A DNA stretch of 64,000 nucleotides from Octopus vulgaris. Taxonomy: Eukaryota. Positions 1 through 14,107 of this stretch are shown here, one piece after another; within the stretch, counting starts at the first letter, position 1, and the number at the start of each line of letters is the position of its first letter. The notes beneath the pieces were generated by a model. It was not told where the DNA came from. It saw only the letters and a list, made by a program, of their open reading frames with translations, and made no database searches. The position numbers and the translations under genes were made by a program. The stretch spans positions 10,354,001 to 10,418,000 of the forward strand of contig OX597821.1 in the NCBI GenBank assembly GCA_951406725.2, in the 5' to 3' direction.

Positions 1-909
1 CAGCTATTGTTTGTGTGGAATAACTCAGAGAGTAAATATCAATAAGTTATTCATACTGTGTTTCTTTTACTTCTTAGCCTGCATGGCACTGCGACCGCCA
101 AAGCAAAATAAAAAAAAAAAGATCCAGCGTTCATAATTTGAAGAGGTATTGCGTTGTTCAATAAATCCGTAGTAGTTACAGATATTCACACACAAGGAAA
201 TTTATCTCCTTCATCTGGATGTTCTCTCTAATTGCAGCAATTTTAAATAACACACTAGAAAACGTGAAGGCATACCAACAAATGAATTATAATGGCTCAT
301 AATCCATCATATAAACTAACACACAATATCATGACACGCAAAAAATGGCATGTTAAAAAAACTTACCTGCATTCAAAGTTCAGCTTCCTAAACCTATCAG
401 TATTTAAAATTTTCTCTATATCTATATTCATGAACAAAATCCCAATTGAAATACAAAGACAACCACTCACATCCAACACTCTATGATTATAGAGTTTCGT
501 ATGAAAGCATAATTGCATAGACACAAACACATGAGTACGATTGAAGCTGGGATAGGAAATCGATCAGTTGTAGATCAACATCGGCTCACGTAATGCTATG
601 TCAATAATTTTTATATAAATAACATGAATATTATATAAAATCTTCCTGTTGATAAAGTTTTAGGTAATGAATGCTTCATGTAATAATGAATAAACAAAAA
701 TATAGTAATGCGTTTTTCAAATATCGACGTTTATTCTGCTCCTCTCCCAAATATATGTATCAGCTCACGTGCTAGCGCGGATGAGTAGTCCTGGAATAAT
801 GATAGTGCATATCCTCTTCTGCGTGCGGATTTTTCACTGATTTCCCTCTCTGGCTTATAATAGGTATAGGTTGAAAGTATCTTTACTTTAAATATATGTA
901 TGTGGGTTA

Positions 910-966
<57 letters not shown>

Positions 967-1119
967 CTCAAATACACATATTATATAGAATGCACCAGAA
1001 AACAAACATCAAGGTTAAGAATCAATATATAGTGCACAGAAACGGTCCTTTATGCTTAATTATAATTCAGAACGATAATTAATGATCAATACACACGTAC
1101 ATGTACGTGGTAAGCAAAA

Positions 1120-1563
<444 letters not shown>

Positions 1564-1566
1564 AGA

Positions 1567-1797
<231 letters not shown>

Positions 1798-2260
1798 GTA
1801 GTTCAAGATCAATGCTTGCCAACAAGGAACTACCAGGCCAACATATTAAAGAATGACATTAGCTCAAAATGTGTATGTCAACTACAAAATGAAACCATTG
1901 ATCATGGTGTATCCGTGTGCAGTCGTCTGGCGCATACAGCGTATCACAACAGGCATGATAAAACTGCCCAACATATTCAATGTGTAATTTTCAAAAACCT
2001 GGACCTACCACATGATAAAAGCTGGTGAGAACACAAACCACCTCCACTGCTTGAAAATGATCACATCTCACTTTTCTTGATCTTCACCACTGAAAATGAC
2101 AGAAAGATAGACGCTAATAGACCAGACAATATACTGAATGACTTCAGACACAACTGATGCCTCCTCGTTGATATGACTGTCTTAATCAACATAAATGTAT
2201 CTCTCAAGACCTACCAAAACTGAACAAGTATAAAGATCTTGAAACATAAAATGCCAAAAC
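1798..2260 (+). pseudogene. R4/Dong-like non-LTR retrotransposon, zinc-knuckle plus restriction-like endonuclease fragment
   Basis: Translation QDQCLPTRNYQ...C-VCQLQNETIDHGVSVC (CCHC)...NRHDKTAQHI...W*EHKP...DANRPD...LLVD; has stop codons. Confidence 0.85.
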
Positions 2261-2281
2261 GTGTAACCTATATACAGCCCA

Positions 2282-2335
<54 letters not shown>

Positions 2336-2472
2336 TGAAAGAGATAGTTATACGTATGCATTTATACAGATTAAAACTGTGGTTCCCAACATGGCGTCGC
2401 CGGAGCCCTAATATTCGGCAATGTAGTACTGTGGGTTCGTAAGCTAGATATAAAATTCATATATATTTAATA

Positions 2473-2573
<101 letters not shown>

Positions 2574-3167
2574 GAAAAACAAGTCAAAAATAGAAAATGC
2601 TAAGATAATTTTATAGTGAATCTTTCAGTACCGGTTTCGGTCATTTTGAGACCTTTTCAACTGTAACGATTAAATAATTAAATTTAGAAAAATTAGAAGA
2701 AAAGTTTTTTTAAAAGAATATTTCTATAGTAGTGTTCAGATATAAGTAGCATTCTGCCTTTCTCTGACTCCCTTGTTTGCACTTGTGTGTTCGAGGTCGT
2801 TTTGAGTTCTTGGTAGGGTAGGTGAGAATAAGGAGGCTGATGTGGAGAGGGGGTGGGGAAATCTGGGAATGCCTTGATGGTCGTATTTTGAAGGGTCAGT
2901 GGCTGACAGTAGTCGCAGTTCAATTCAGGAATCGTTTATGGAATTTGCGTAGGCGTTATACTGAAAGACATTAGTGACAAGGTTAAGGGGTGGAAGGTGG
3001 AGAAGTAGAAGAAGAAGAAGAAGAAGATGACGATGTTGATGATGATGATGAAGAAGAAGAAGAAGAAGAAGAAGAAGGAGAAGGAGAAGATGATGGTGAT
3101 GATGGTGGTGATGATGATGACGACGATGATGATGATAATGATGATGATGAAGAAGAAGAAGAAGAAG
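2574..3167 (-). mobile_element. PLE 3'-terminal fragment (same family as the element starting at 19010)
   Basis: Colinear with about 19010-19620, including the GAA/GAT tract; abuts (TA)n. Confidence 0.9.
2626..2663 (-). ncRNA. Minimal type I hammerhead-like motif, U3-A8 core
   Basis: Minus strand: cag TTGAAAA ggtc-tcaaaat-gacc GAAA CCGG TA ctg. Confidence 0.75.
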
Positions 3168-4286
3168 TATGTATGTATGTGTGTGTGTGTGTCTGTGTGT
3201 GTGTATCAGGGCAAGCATATTAAAAGACTCATTAAATTAAACCCGGTTTGGAACCACTGTTAGGGACCAGTGTGAAAAGATTGGGAACCACTTGATTAAA
3301 ACCTTTAGGCAATACATAACTCCCAAATTTTTCAATAACTTTCTCTCCTCAATTATCTTTAGTATTTCATAGAGTATTTTTTCAAAAGATCAGGAATTTA
3401 TGAATTACTTTCGTAGTGTGTAATGGTGTTTTGTTTATAATTGCTTGCTGGCGTTTTCTTTTTGTTTTTTTTTTAACATTATTTCAATTGAAATACGAAA
3501 ACGATGAAATTTCTCACAATATTACGTTTAGTAAAGTCGATCATATGTAAGTGAAAAACATCTTGTATGTATTTTCTCTTCATTACAGCTACATAAATAT
3601 TGATTACTGACATTGAGCCAGACAATTATATTTCGACACCCTAGAACTCCTATAATCCTTCCTTTACGAAAATTAGTTGTCAGTATTAAAGGTATTAAAA
3701 GGGAAAATATACTTCCGTTTTGTAATTGATGATATATCATTGACATTATAATGTGGGACCTATATAAAATATTTCAACAGAATCTAAACAAAATCAATAG
3801 AATGTGTTCTTAGTTGTAAATAGTCTACGTGAATTCATAAAGAAAAGAAATGTTTTCTCATAGTCTTAATTTACTTCGCATTAGGTTGGCTTTATTTCCG
3901 GTTTGTAGTAAATATCCAAAAGATGTAAACACTTTTCAAAGTAAATGATATTTTTTCAAAGCTATATATGCCAGCTAAGTTTAATCGTGTTGCGGCGATA
4001 TTTTCCTTCCTTTTTCGTGTCTGGCTTACTGTGATTGAATTTGTGTATGGAGATATATCCCAAACATGGTCATTCTGATTTTTCTTAGCTGCTAAATTGT
4101 ATAATTCTTTGAAAGAAATTTATATAATAGTTAAGTTTAAGATCAGAGTTAAAATACAAAAAAAATACGTTACATTTTTAGAAAGAAATCTACATTATAA
4201 AGTGCCTGATACTTGTTTCAAGTGACAAGTCGGTAGATGTTTTAGAGTGATGATTTTTGTTGCTTTCATTATTTCAGGTAAATAAG

Positions 4287-4900
4287 ACGGCAATCTTGCA
4301 GAATCATTAGCAACGGGCCAAAATAGCGGCACGTGACATGTCTTTAAATTTACAGTTCAGAAGATTCCTGTGCTTGATATAATCGACTATCTCCTGTGCC
4401 TATTGTAGAAGAGATGATTTGAGGTAAAATAGCAATTTTGAAATGAAGGAAACTTTTCTTCTCTGTATTACTATATTCTTTCTCATGCTCCATGTCTTTC
4501 TGGAGCGGAGATAAGGAGAATTATTCGGTCCACTGAATTTAAAACACCAAAGACCTGTCGTATGTTCCGACGCATTCCTATATTTCAATCAGATTTCGTT
4601 ACGTGATGTAACGATTTAGTTCTTACGGTAGACGGTCCTTATTGTAGCCATTGCAATTAAACCGACTGAAAATCAAAGCTATTCTAACCATGCTGAACTC
4701 ATCATTCGACATTACGAGTTTGGGAATTGCTGAGAGATTCTATAAATACTTATATTTTGAGGACAACTTGTTATTTGAATAGGTAGCACTAGCTTTCGTT
4801 GTTGTGCTTTACCGAGTGGAGGACATAGAATCAGTTGCGAAAAACAACGGGTACTTTTCATGTATTCCCATTTTATATTCTGGAGGCAGTACAACACAGA
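4287..4900. mobile_element. Highly decayed SINE remnants
   Basis: gacggcaatcttgcagaatcattagca resembles a tRNA-derived SINE head; the rest is weak similarity only. Confidence 0.3.
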
Positions 4901-6196
4901 GTAATTTTACATAGTCTCCAGTACTGGTCAAAGGGAAATAAAACATTATACTCAAAATGATGACAGACCTGGATGGTTTCAACTGAATGGACTCTGTTTA
5001 AGGTACCTAATGTAGCAAGCATTATAATTAAAATAGGGGACAAAACACGCCAAAAATAGTGTACGATAGATTGTGAAGTCAGACCACAACACAATGTGAG
5101 AATGATAGACCACAATGTACCGAGCCAATATTCTGACACTTTGGTTTATCACCACCTAAGACTAGCATATTGTTTTTTGCATCATAAACTAAGGACATGA
5201 ACACAGAACTCGAATTTCCTGTAAAAAAAACTATCGTTTCTAAAATGATGTTAGCCCTATTTTATCTCACAGTGAAAAAAACAGAGCAGTCGAATGCTCA
5301 TGATAAATGAACGCACCACGCATAATGCAAATTCACATGCGAACTATTTATTATTGTCCGATCACACCATCACTTCATTCCAAAATCCCCCGCACTACTA
5401 TACATACATTCGCTTTTTGTAATTCTATGGTTCTCAGCAAATGATTACAAAAATTAAAAAAAAAAGAAGCTGAAACCTGGTGATAATAATTATCTAAAAG
5501 ATATGTATTTCTATGGAAACGGATATGTTGATGGCTAGTTGTATATGCCTGCTAGAATATCGCCGCAGGAAACTTTTCAACACGGGAGTGAAGTAAAATA
5601 AATGTTGAGATTAACTCATGAGTAAATGTCATTGTACTTTAAGCGGATGAACGTCTATGAAAGTTTATACATCACACATGAGTGCATAGCATGCTTATTG
5701 AACTACTTATGTCGTTCAGCTACTGCTCAAATATGTGCATATATTATTAAGTCATTTCCTTTGACGAGGAAAAAGTGACAGTTGACATTTCTGTTGAAAA
5801 CCTAACATCAGCATGGAAATATCTTGCTCTAATAAACATATATTCGTTAATGGGAATACACCACTTAAGTGTCCAGTTCTTAATTAAGCCATTATGGCGT
5901 CAGGTTTTCAGATTCTATTTACTATTTAAGTAGTTTCAGCTGACGACGTATAACGGCAACTTTAATTTCAGAAATCAGTATTTAGTTGCACTTACAAATC
6001 TATTTTCAACATATTCAATATTGTGTGTGTCTGACTACAAATATATTACATATATCTATGCATATATCTATGTACGTATGTATCTGCATGAATCTTTCAC
6101 TTACCACACACACACATATATATATTTTTTAAATTCAAATTACGATGAACGTAATAAAACAAACGAAGTTTGCTTTAGAGGCATATATGTATATAT

Positions 6197-6487
6197 ATAT
6201 GGCAAGAAGAAAATGGAGGGGATATAGAAGTAGTATACATCAACTGTTAGACATTACATTATGTCTATTTATTTTAAGACATTTATGAGAATATATACAT
6301 ATGTAAACACTGTGTATTACATACATACGGATCAGAAATTATTCGTTTTCTATCCTATCAATAACTGGTAGTCTCTATTTAATACACAGTCCTTAATATG
6401 TTTTAAAATAAATAAATAGACATAATATGATGTCTAACAGTTGATGTATAAAATTTCTATATCTCCTCCATTTTCTTTTGCCGTATA
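6197..6487. mobile_element. Foldback/MITE-like element with about 85-bp imperfect terminal inverted repeats
   Basis: ggcaagaagaaaatggaggggatataga...catcaactgttagaca pairs with tgtctaacagttgatg...tctatatctcctccattttcttttgcc; second copy of the core at 8467-8650. Confidence 0.75.
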
Positions 6488-6662
6488 AATTATGTGTAAA
6501 GCACTTTTTATGCTCAATAGTGAAATTAACCACGCAACAACCACTATTTTGGTATTAATAATTGGGTAGAATTCCAGCAGTATATTTGATACTTACTACA
6601 CTTCAGTCGGTTTGATTCACAAACCTCTAACTCTCACTCAGTTATATATATATATATATATA

Positions 6663-7071
6663 TTTACTCTTTTACTCTTTTACTTGTTTCAGTCATTTGA
6701 CTGCGGCCATGCTGGGGCACTGCCTTCAATCGAGCAACTCGACCCCGGGACTTATTCTTTTGTAAGCCCAGTACTTATTCTATCGGTCTCTTTTGCCGAA
6801 TTGCTAAGTGACGGGGACGTAAACACACCAGCATCGGTTGTCAAGCAATGCTAGGGGGACAAACACAGACACACAAACACACACACATATATATAAATAT
6901 ATACATATATACGACGGTCTTCTTTCAGTTTCCGACTACCAAATCTATTCACAAGGCTTTGGTCGGCCCGAGGCTATACTAGATGACACTTGCCCAAGGT
7001 GCCACGCAGTGGGACTGAACCCGGAAGCATGTGGTTGGTAAACAAGCTACTTACCACACAGACACTCCTGC

Positions 7072-7072
<1 letters not shown>
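6663..7072 (-). mobile_element. Octopus-type tRNA/CORE SINE
   Basis: Minus strand: A box tggtaag, B box gttcagtcc, CORE-like ccttgggcaagtg, internal TA/TG tract, (gtaaaaga)n tail; matches the copies at 7756 and 59381. Confidence 0.9.
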
Positions 7073-7107
<35 letters not shown>

Positions 7108-7424
7108 TTATAATAAGATTAGCTCGTATACAAGTGGGTATATATTTGTAAAAAATGAAGTTTGAAAATGCTGCTATATTAGACAAATTTTAATTTTTAT
7201 ATATACATTATTTATCTAACATGTTTTGGTTCTTGAAATGACGAACCTTATCAAAAAAAAATTATATATAAAAAAGATAGTTCATGCTATCAAATATAAA
7301 AAATTCATATATAATATTCAATAGAGTCAAACAAAAAAATTCATATATAGTAAAGCGAGTCCATGCTATATGTTTAAAGAGTATGATGTAGTAGTTCATA
7401 GTGGTGATATGCATTCAATAGAGT

Positions 7425-7463
<39 letters not shown>

Positions 7464-7755
7464 GCACGTACGCACATAAAGAGAAGACAGAGAAACAGAG
7501 AGTGTTTTCCAACTCCTGCCTTCAGTCTCCGGTTTGCCGTAAGATTTCATTCTATCCCTCTTCCTTTCAATATAATCTACCTCTCCCCTGATTCCTTAAG
7601 GAATGTTCCCTCTGTAGCGTAACTATTGCACATGTTCTGTCTCTCATAACACTATCTTTGCATATGTCTCTTGTATCAGTCTATCACACTGCCTTTCTCT
7701 CTCTTCCTATCTCTCTCTCGTAAATCAGCGAAATGATTTGTTTATAGTATGCATA

Positions 7756-7920
7756 GGCGCAGGAGTGGCTGTGTGGTAAGTAGCTTGCTAACCGACCACA
7801 TGGTTCCGTGTTCAGTCCCACTGCGTGGTAACTTGGGCAAGTGTCTTCTACTATAGCCTCGGGCCGACCAAAGCCTTGTGAGTGGATTTGGTAGACGAAA
7901 ACTGAAAGAAGTCCGTCGTA

Positions 7921-7964
<44 letters not shown>

Positions 7965-8184
7965 TGTGTGTGTTTGTGTGTCTGTGTTTGTCCCCCTACC
8001 ATTGCTTGACAACCGATGCTGGTGTGTTATGTCCCCGTTACATAGCGGTTCAGCAAAAGAGACTGATAGAATAAGTACTAGGCTTACAAAAGAATAAGTC
8101 CCGGGGTCGATTTGCTCGATTAAAGGCGGTGCTTCAGCATGGCCGCAGTCAACTGACTGAAACAAGAAAAAGAGAGAGAGAGTA
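7756..8184 (+). mobile_element. Octopus-type tRNA/CORE SINE
   Basis: ggcgcaggagtggctgtgtggtaag...gttcagtcccactgc...ttgggcaagtgtctt...gactgaaacaag. Confidence 0.9.
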
Positions 8185-8466
8185 AATATATGTGCCGTAC
8201 ATAGACGCTGCCTGAAGAGGCATAAGGTTTACCACACGTCAGGTGCCCATGTATCGCGGGGCACATTTACATGAAAAGAGTTTCTGAAGAATGTTATGCA
8301 CCTCCTGTCTACGAATTGAAATAACGATATCACGATCCCAAGTGCAATGCCCTACCCACCAGACCATGTACCACCACACACGGAGACACATACACGCACG
8401 CACAAACACACAGAAGCAAAGACGCACAGAAACATACACAAACAAATATAGTTAACCAATATATAT

Positions 8467-8650
8467 ATTATGTCTATTTATTTTAGGACATTTATGAGAA
8501 TATATACACATGTAAAGACTATGTATTACATACGTATCAGAAATTATTCGTTTTCTATTCTATTAATTACTGGTACGTCTCTATTTAATACACAGTCCTT
8601 AATATGTTTTAAAATAAATAAATAGACACAATATGATGCCTAACAGTTGG
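8467..8650. repeat. Second, partial copy of the 6197-6487 foldback element
   Basis: Near-identical run attatgtctatttatttt...cagtccttaatatgttttaaaataaataaatagaca. Confidence 0.85.
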
Positions 8651-9572
8651 TTTTCAAAATTAATGCTTCTTCTATATTCTGTTGTATAGGAGGAAGTCTT
8701 CTATCATATATAGAAAAACATTTCATGTGTTAGGTATTTACTTTTTTGTAACCGTCGTTGATTTTCGTTGCCTCTGTTTTTTTTTGTTTTTTTTTTTTCT
8801 GTGGTCCCATTCTCGTTTTCTCACATATCCTGGCGCTGGTTTTGCTTTTGAGGCCGCTACCAAAACGCACAAACTTACCGATAATGCTACAAGAATTTTC
8901 CTGAGATTTTATCGGTAGGTTTATGGATCAACGCGTCCACGTCTTTTGTTTTTCTGTTGTTTCTCTTCCTTTGATGTCATCCTGTGCAATGTTTTATTCT
9001 CATGATTTAATGCAATGCCAGTAATCCCCTTCGTCTTGCATGCTCTATTGCACCCCACACAGAGATCTGCTTTCGATGCGGTATACTCTTCTCTCGTTTC
9101 TAGCCGTCTATTTTGCTTTCTTTAGATACGTATCTAATGCCTTCTCTTATGCTTTTATATTTTACCATCTCTCTATCATTCAACTTTTCCATACTATTCC
9201 ATGTCGTCGTTGAAACACCATTTTTTAGTTATTTCTATTTGTGAATCCGCGGTCCTTCTCTGTTTATTTACCATAAACTTCTTACTTTTTGTACCTTTTT
9301 CATTCTACACCATGCTTTTTACATCGTAATTGTTCTTCGCCAATGTTCTCTACTCCTCTCTGATTGTCTGTCCCCTATTCTCTGCCTTTCTGCCTTTATC
9401 CGGAGAACCTAAGGACTACGGTCCCTTTTAGCGATAATATATCGTGCCCTGTTTTAATACGCTCTTATAGCCTATATGCGGTCAGCGCTCAAATGCGTGT
9501 GTGTGAAACTGTATATATATATGTATATATATATATATATATGCATATACGTCCACACACACTTACATGTTC

Positions 9573-9640
<68 letters not shown>

Positions 9641-9819
9641 TAAAAGAAATGGAGTCAAAACGGAGGGGTACGATTGGAGATTTATTTTTAATCGCTATAA
9701 GTTTTCCCGCGCAATTTTGGTTATGCAACTGTTTCCCTGAATTATGAAATCTAATTGTCTTTCCTCGAGTGATATGTAAATATTATCTTCTCCTATCAGC
9801 CACCTAGACAATATTCAAC

Positions 9820-10875
9820 CCCCATGCATTTTACCACAATGAAGGACTAGCTAGTGCAGGCTATTAGGAAAAACTGAAATTCACACCTATCGAAGCCTTA
9901 AATATTACTAGCAAACACACATCTAAATTAGAAGACACATACAACATGCACGACAACAACACATAAAAATAAAAAGAGAAAATCCAAGACACGTTGGAAG
10001 GATAGGAAAAAATGAACAGACGCTAAAAGAATAGCATTAATAGCAATCGCGACGCACAAAATACCAACAACACACAAGAGAAGCTAAAGGAACCAGACCA
10101 AATATATAAAAACTCCGAGGTCCAAATGGCATAACCTAATTTTCGGATCGCAAATACCATCGAAGACAGGTAAACAAGTCCTTGCCTCGTTAGATAGGTG
10201 CTTCCCTAAAGCACATAAATAACGTCGTATCTTTAACAAGCACAGAGTGCAAGTAACGTAGGCCACATCCCACTTGGTCTACTACATATCCGAATACAAC
10301 GAAACAAAAATATACATGCAAACAGCGACCAGAGACAAGGAGCACAAAGATCAGAACAACACAAGGTGTAGAAACAATAAGAAAACTAAATACAATAAGG
10401 GCCACAGACACATAGATAGCTACCCCTACAGTTATACTACGATTCAAAAAAAAAAAACCAAAAGAACCAGAGAACAGGTCACAATATCAAGAACACTTCA
10501 GACGCTACTAATCAACTAAAGCATCACAAAAAAAAACAATTCACCATATAACTACATAGATAATATTATTGCAAATAATTGATGATGTCGGAAATCTGCA
10601 TTTCCGCTCAGGAGCCAATGCAGTCAAGAAAAGAAAAACACATAGTTGTCACACCACAAGAGAAATACGCATACATAGAATTCTCGGAAAACCAATTTAA
10701 GGTGTGCTATCTCAAACTTATCTCCTCCTAACGAAAGATAAGCTGGAGACACGCAGCATAATTAGCTGACCAGGTATGGAGATTAAAGGAAGGAAAAATA
10801 AAATACGTATTTAAAAAAATGAGCACACATATAATACACTATACGGCATATGCGACCTGTGTCATGACGAACCTG
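9820..10875 (+). pseudogene. Decayed Naiad-like PLE (thumb, linker, GIY-YIG)
   Basis: Across frameshifts: GLASAGY*EKLKF; KWHNLIF...GKQVLASLDRCFPKAHK*RRIFNKHRVQVT; CRKSAFPLRSQC; YIEFSENQFKVCY; LADQVWRLKE; GICDLC. Confidence 0.7.
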
Positions 10876-11160
10876 ACATGTACTGAGGTGTACCAATCAA
10901 GCCCAATATTTAGTGTATATATATACATATATATATATACATAAACTCTCACACACAAAATATGGGGGTTTTGTTCACAGAGATTTTCTAAACGTCTAGG
11001 TAAGCTGGGTAAGTGCTGTAACGGATTACCATGGCTCCAAGGTCATAGACGAGACGGGATTATGGGACAATTGTAGATTTCCGATATAGCAGATATATTA
11101 TTGCTGGCTAGTGACGTGGAATATGATGAGCATAGCAATTCCATATCACTAACAAGCCAC

Positions 11161-11275
11161 GAACACTATCTAATTATTAGAAAAATACAATATAGTTTAT
11201 CCTGGGCTATAGCAGTATCTGGCATTTCATATCAGGGCCAGTGATCGACTGTTGGACTCTACCTAAAAGAAGCCC
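11161..11275 (+). pseudogene. Possible Helitron/PIF1-like helicase motif relic
   Basis: IRKIQYSLSWAIAVSGISYQGQ*STVGLYL aligns in spacing with RxQFPxxLAxAxTINKSQGQTxxxVGLYL. Confidence 0.4.
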
Positions 11276-14041
11276 TGAAAATTTTAATCCATTACTCACC
11301 ACAAATGCTTAACAAATACAGCGAAGCCTTCACAATGTGTAACAAACATTTTTCCGCACCTTTAATTATTTTCATAAATCCAAATGTAAACTCACGCTCA
11401 CACATAACACTAACATACATATCCCGATATTCGTTAATACATACCCTTGTGTATATCTTCTATTAACTTTAGTACCTTAGAAGATAACTGTTAATTCTTT
11501 AGTATATTTTTAAACCTTGTCCTATTAAATCTCCAGATATTTAGTTGCAACTGTTATTCCTAAACCATTTAACTTTCAACTGGTTTTTCAATTCCTGAGT
11601 ACCTACTCGCTCGTACCACCAGAGCTAGAAATATTTTTACAGCCATTGACCTTATTTATAAAACGGATACAAACACATACTAGTAGATTTCCTCCCCAAC
11701 ACCAACAAACATGAAGAATAGCACTGGTACCTACTATTCTCTTTGAATCCCTTTCATTTTACTTTATTTTGTATATTTTAACGTTATCTTCCTTTATCAC
11801 CTCCTCTATCCTTATTTACGCTTATACATTTATTTATTCATCTTCTTGTTTATTTTTGTACATTATATTTTTATATACCTTATCATATCATTCATACGAA
11901 TCCATGCTTTCCTCCTCCACTCTCGGTACTACATGCTTCCCTACCAATACTACCTTCACTTTCTATTTATTTTTCTTTGGATTCATTCCTTAAAAGCCAC
12001 CTCTGCTGCGATACTCTTACGAAACTTCGGTGAGTTCGCGTTTATCTCTGGATATTTATACTGTTAATGCTATAACCATACGTGGATTTATGCAGGATTG
12101 CACTTAAGGAATTATGGAGTAACATCTACACTATCGGAAAGTTGAACTGTGAATATTTTTGCTTCATTTTTCTATACTTTTGTATATAAGAGCATACCGT
12201 ACATCGATGGGAGAAGAAAATCATCCTCCACGTGTGCGTGAGTTATTTCTTTATTATTCCACGTGTGCGTGAGTGTGCCAGATGCATTTCTCACTTGGTC
12301 ATTATTTACCATGTGTATCACTGATATATCTGACGCTCCAAAATTTAAATAACCTAAAGCAAAATATCTTTCATTGCAGGTACTCCTTCATAAGACAGCA
12401 GGAATTCCTAAGTTTATTGTCTACGTGCCAAACAGCACTAAATTTTGCCAAAATCGTTTGATTACCCTCTTGCGCAGTGGTGTAACGACGCATGTGGTAG
12501 AAGGTGATAATTCTTTTAAAAATTTGATTCTGGGCTTGTCATTGAATGGTTACATCTACTTTTAAAACACAAAAAGTTATGGGCTTTCTGGAGAATCACT
12601 TCTCTGTTACAGATAATATCCATTTTAAATGCGATGTCAGCAGGAGACCTTACTTTCAAGAACACAAGTTCTGCAGCAAGCTCACGTGTTTCGGAATAGT
12701 TGAGTAAGGCGCCTGAAGTCGAAATTGTCACTCGTACAGTTGTAGAGGCAAGGAACTGAGTAACGTGTGCTTCGATGCCATGGTGTATTAGTGAACATTA
12801 AGGTCTGAAATAAATTAACATGAATGTAGTTATAAAAATAATGAATTTTGAGGAGATAATCGAAATGAAAACAGTGACATGTGAGAAGAAAAAACATAGA
12901 CAGCTTTATGGCTCAGTATGTCTCACTTCTCCTTAAATTATAATGAATCAAGTGCGAAACATTTAATGGGAAAAGATTTGCAATACATTCCGACATTCTG
13001 ACACGTAACTCGTTTAGACATTTAACAAGTTTTCTTCTAGTCCTGTTGCTTTTTAGTACAGAAACATAAGATTCTGACTGCCGTGCTGCAGCAAAGAGAA
13101 TTTTCCCATGTGGATTAAAAGAAATGACTTCTCCTCTGCCACCAATTTTCTGCTCCTGGCTTTGACTGAATAACATAACAAATTCGAATGTGAAAATATA
13201 AGATTTTTCAGATGTCAAAATATATTATACTCTCCATAACTAACTCTTGTATTTCTTTTTTCAGCGCTTGAATGATTAATTATTCTGACAATTTTGGGGT
13301 TTATTGGGGCATATTACTTTAACTTATGTATCTGTTAAGAAATGATGTTTATGGTTTTTTATTGTTATGCTCGGTCTGGTAGGTATGTAGGTTCGGTTTT
13401 CACATCGATGTTATAGTCTCTCATAATGTTCTTGGCTGCTAAGTTCATAGATCTGTTAGGTGCTATTTTGTAATTTTTTTCGTAATTTGTTTATGTAACA
13501 GCTGGTGGTATTAATGTATATCCAATGTGTAAGAATTCCTTGTTTTATCGGAGTGTATAATAATTCCCATTTGCAATTTCAGTTTATATAGTAGGTCCTT
13601 TAGGTTTTTGTTTGGTGGCTGTTGTTTCCTAGCGGGTGTCGTTTGAAGTATTCTGTCTCTATCGTTCGCTCTATCCTCCTCTTTGTCTATCTCTGCCTTC
13701 TTAGTACTGATTACGTCTACCATTTGCAACGCGGTAAATACTTATTTACCCCAATATGGTGCACAGTAACAACTCTAAACTCACTCTCAGCTTCCCCTTG
13801 CTTAACTAATTAAATAATGGCTTTTTAGCACCGAAACTAACTTCTATTTGTTGTTTTCCTCTATTTTCTGATCGTCTATATACACATTATACTACGGTTT
13901 ACCCTTTTAAATTATCTGCGTCCATATATCTTATACCAAGGACCATACGTACGGAGGTATTTACCAGGAGTGCCTCTGGATACTCCTAAAGTTTACATCT
14001 CTAAACTTATACCTAATATAAACACTTATACATAAATACAC

Positions 14042-14107
<66 letters not shown>

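Noticed and set aside
8190-8263. CTGAAGA ggca...tgcc HHR-like start
   Set aside because: GAAA half of the core is missing.
12225-12273. Duplicated tccacgtgtgcgtgag (E-box-containing); similar short duplications at about 14210 and 26445
   Set aside because: Two-copy local duplications with no support for function or a CRISPR-like array.
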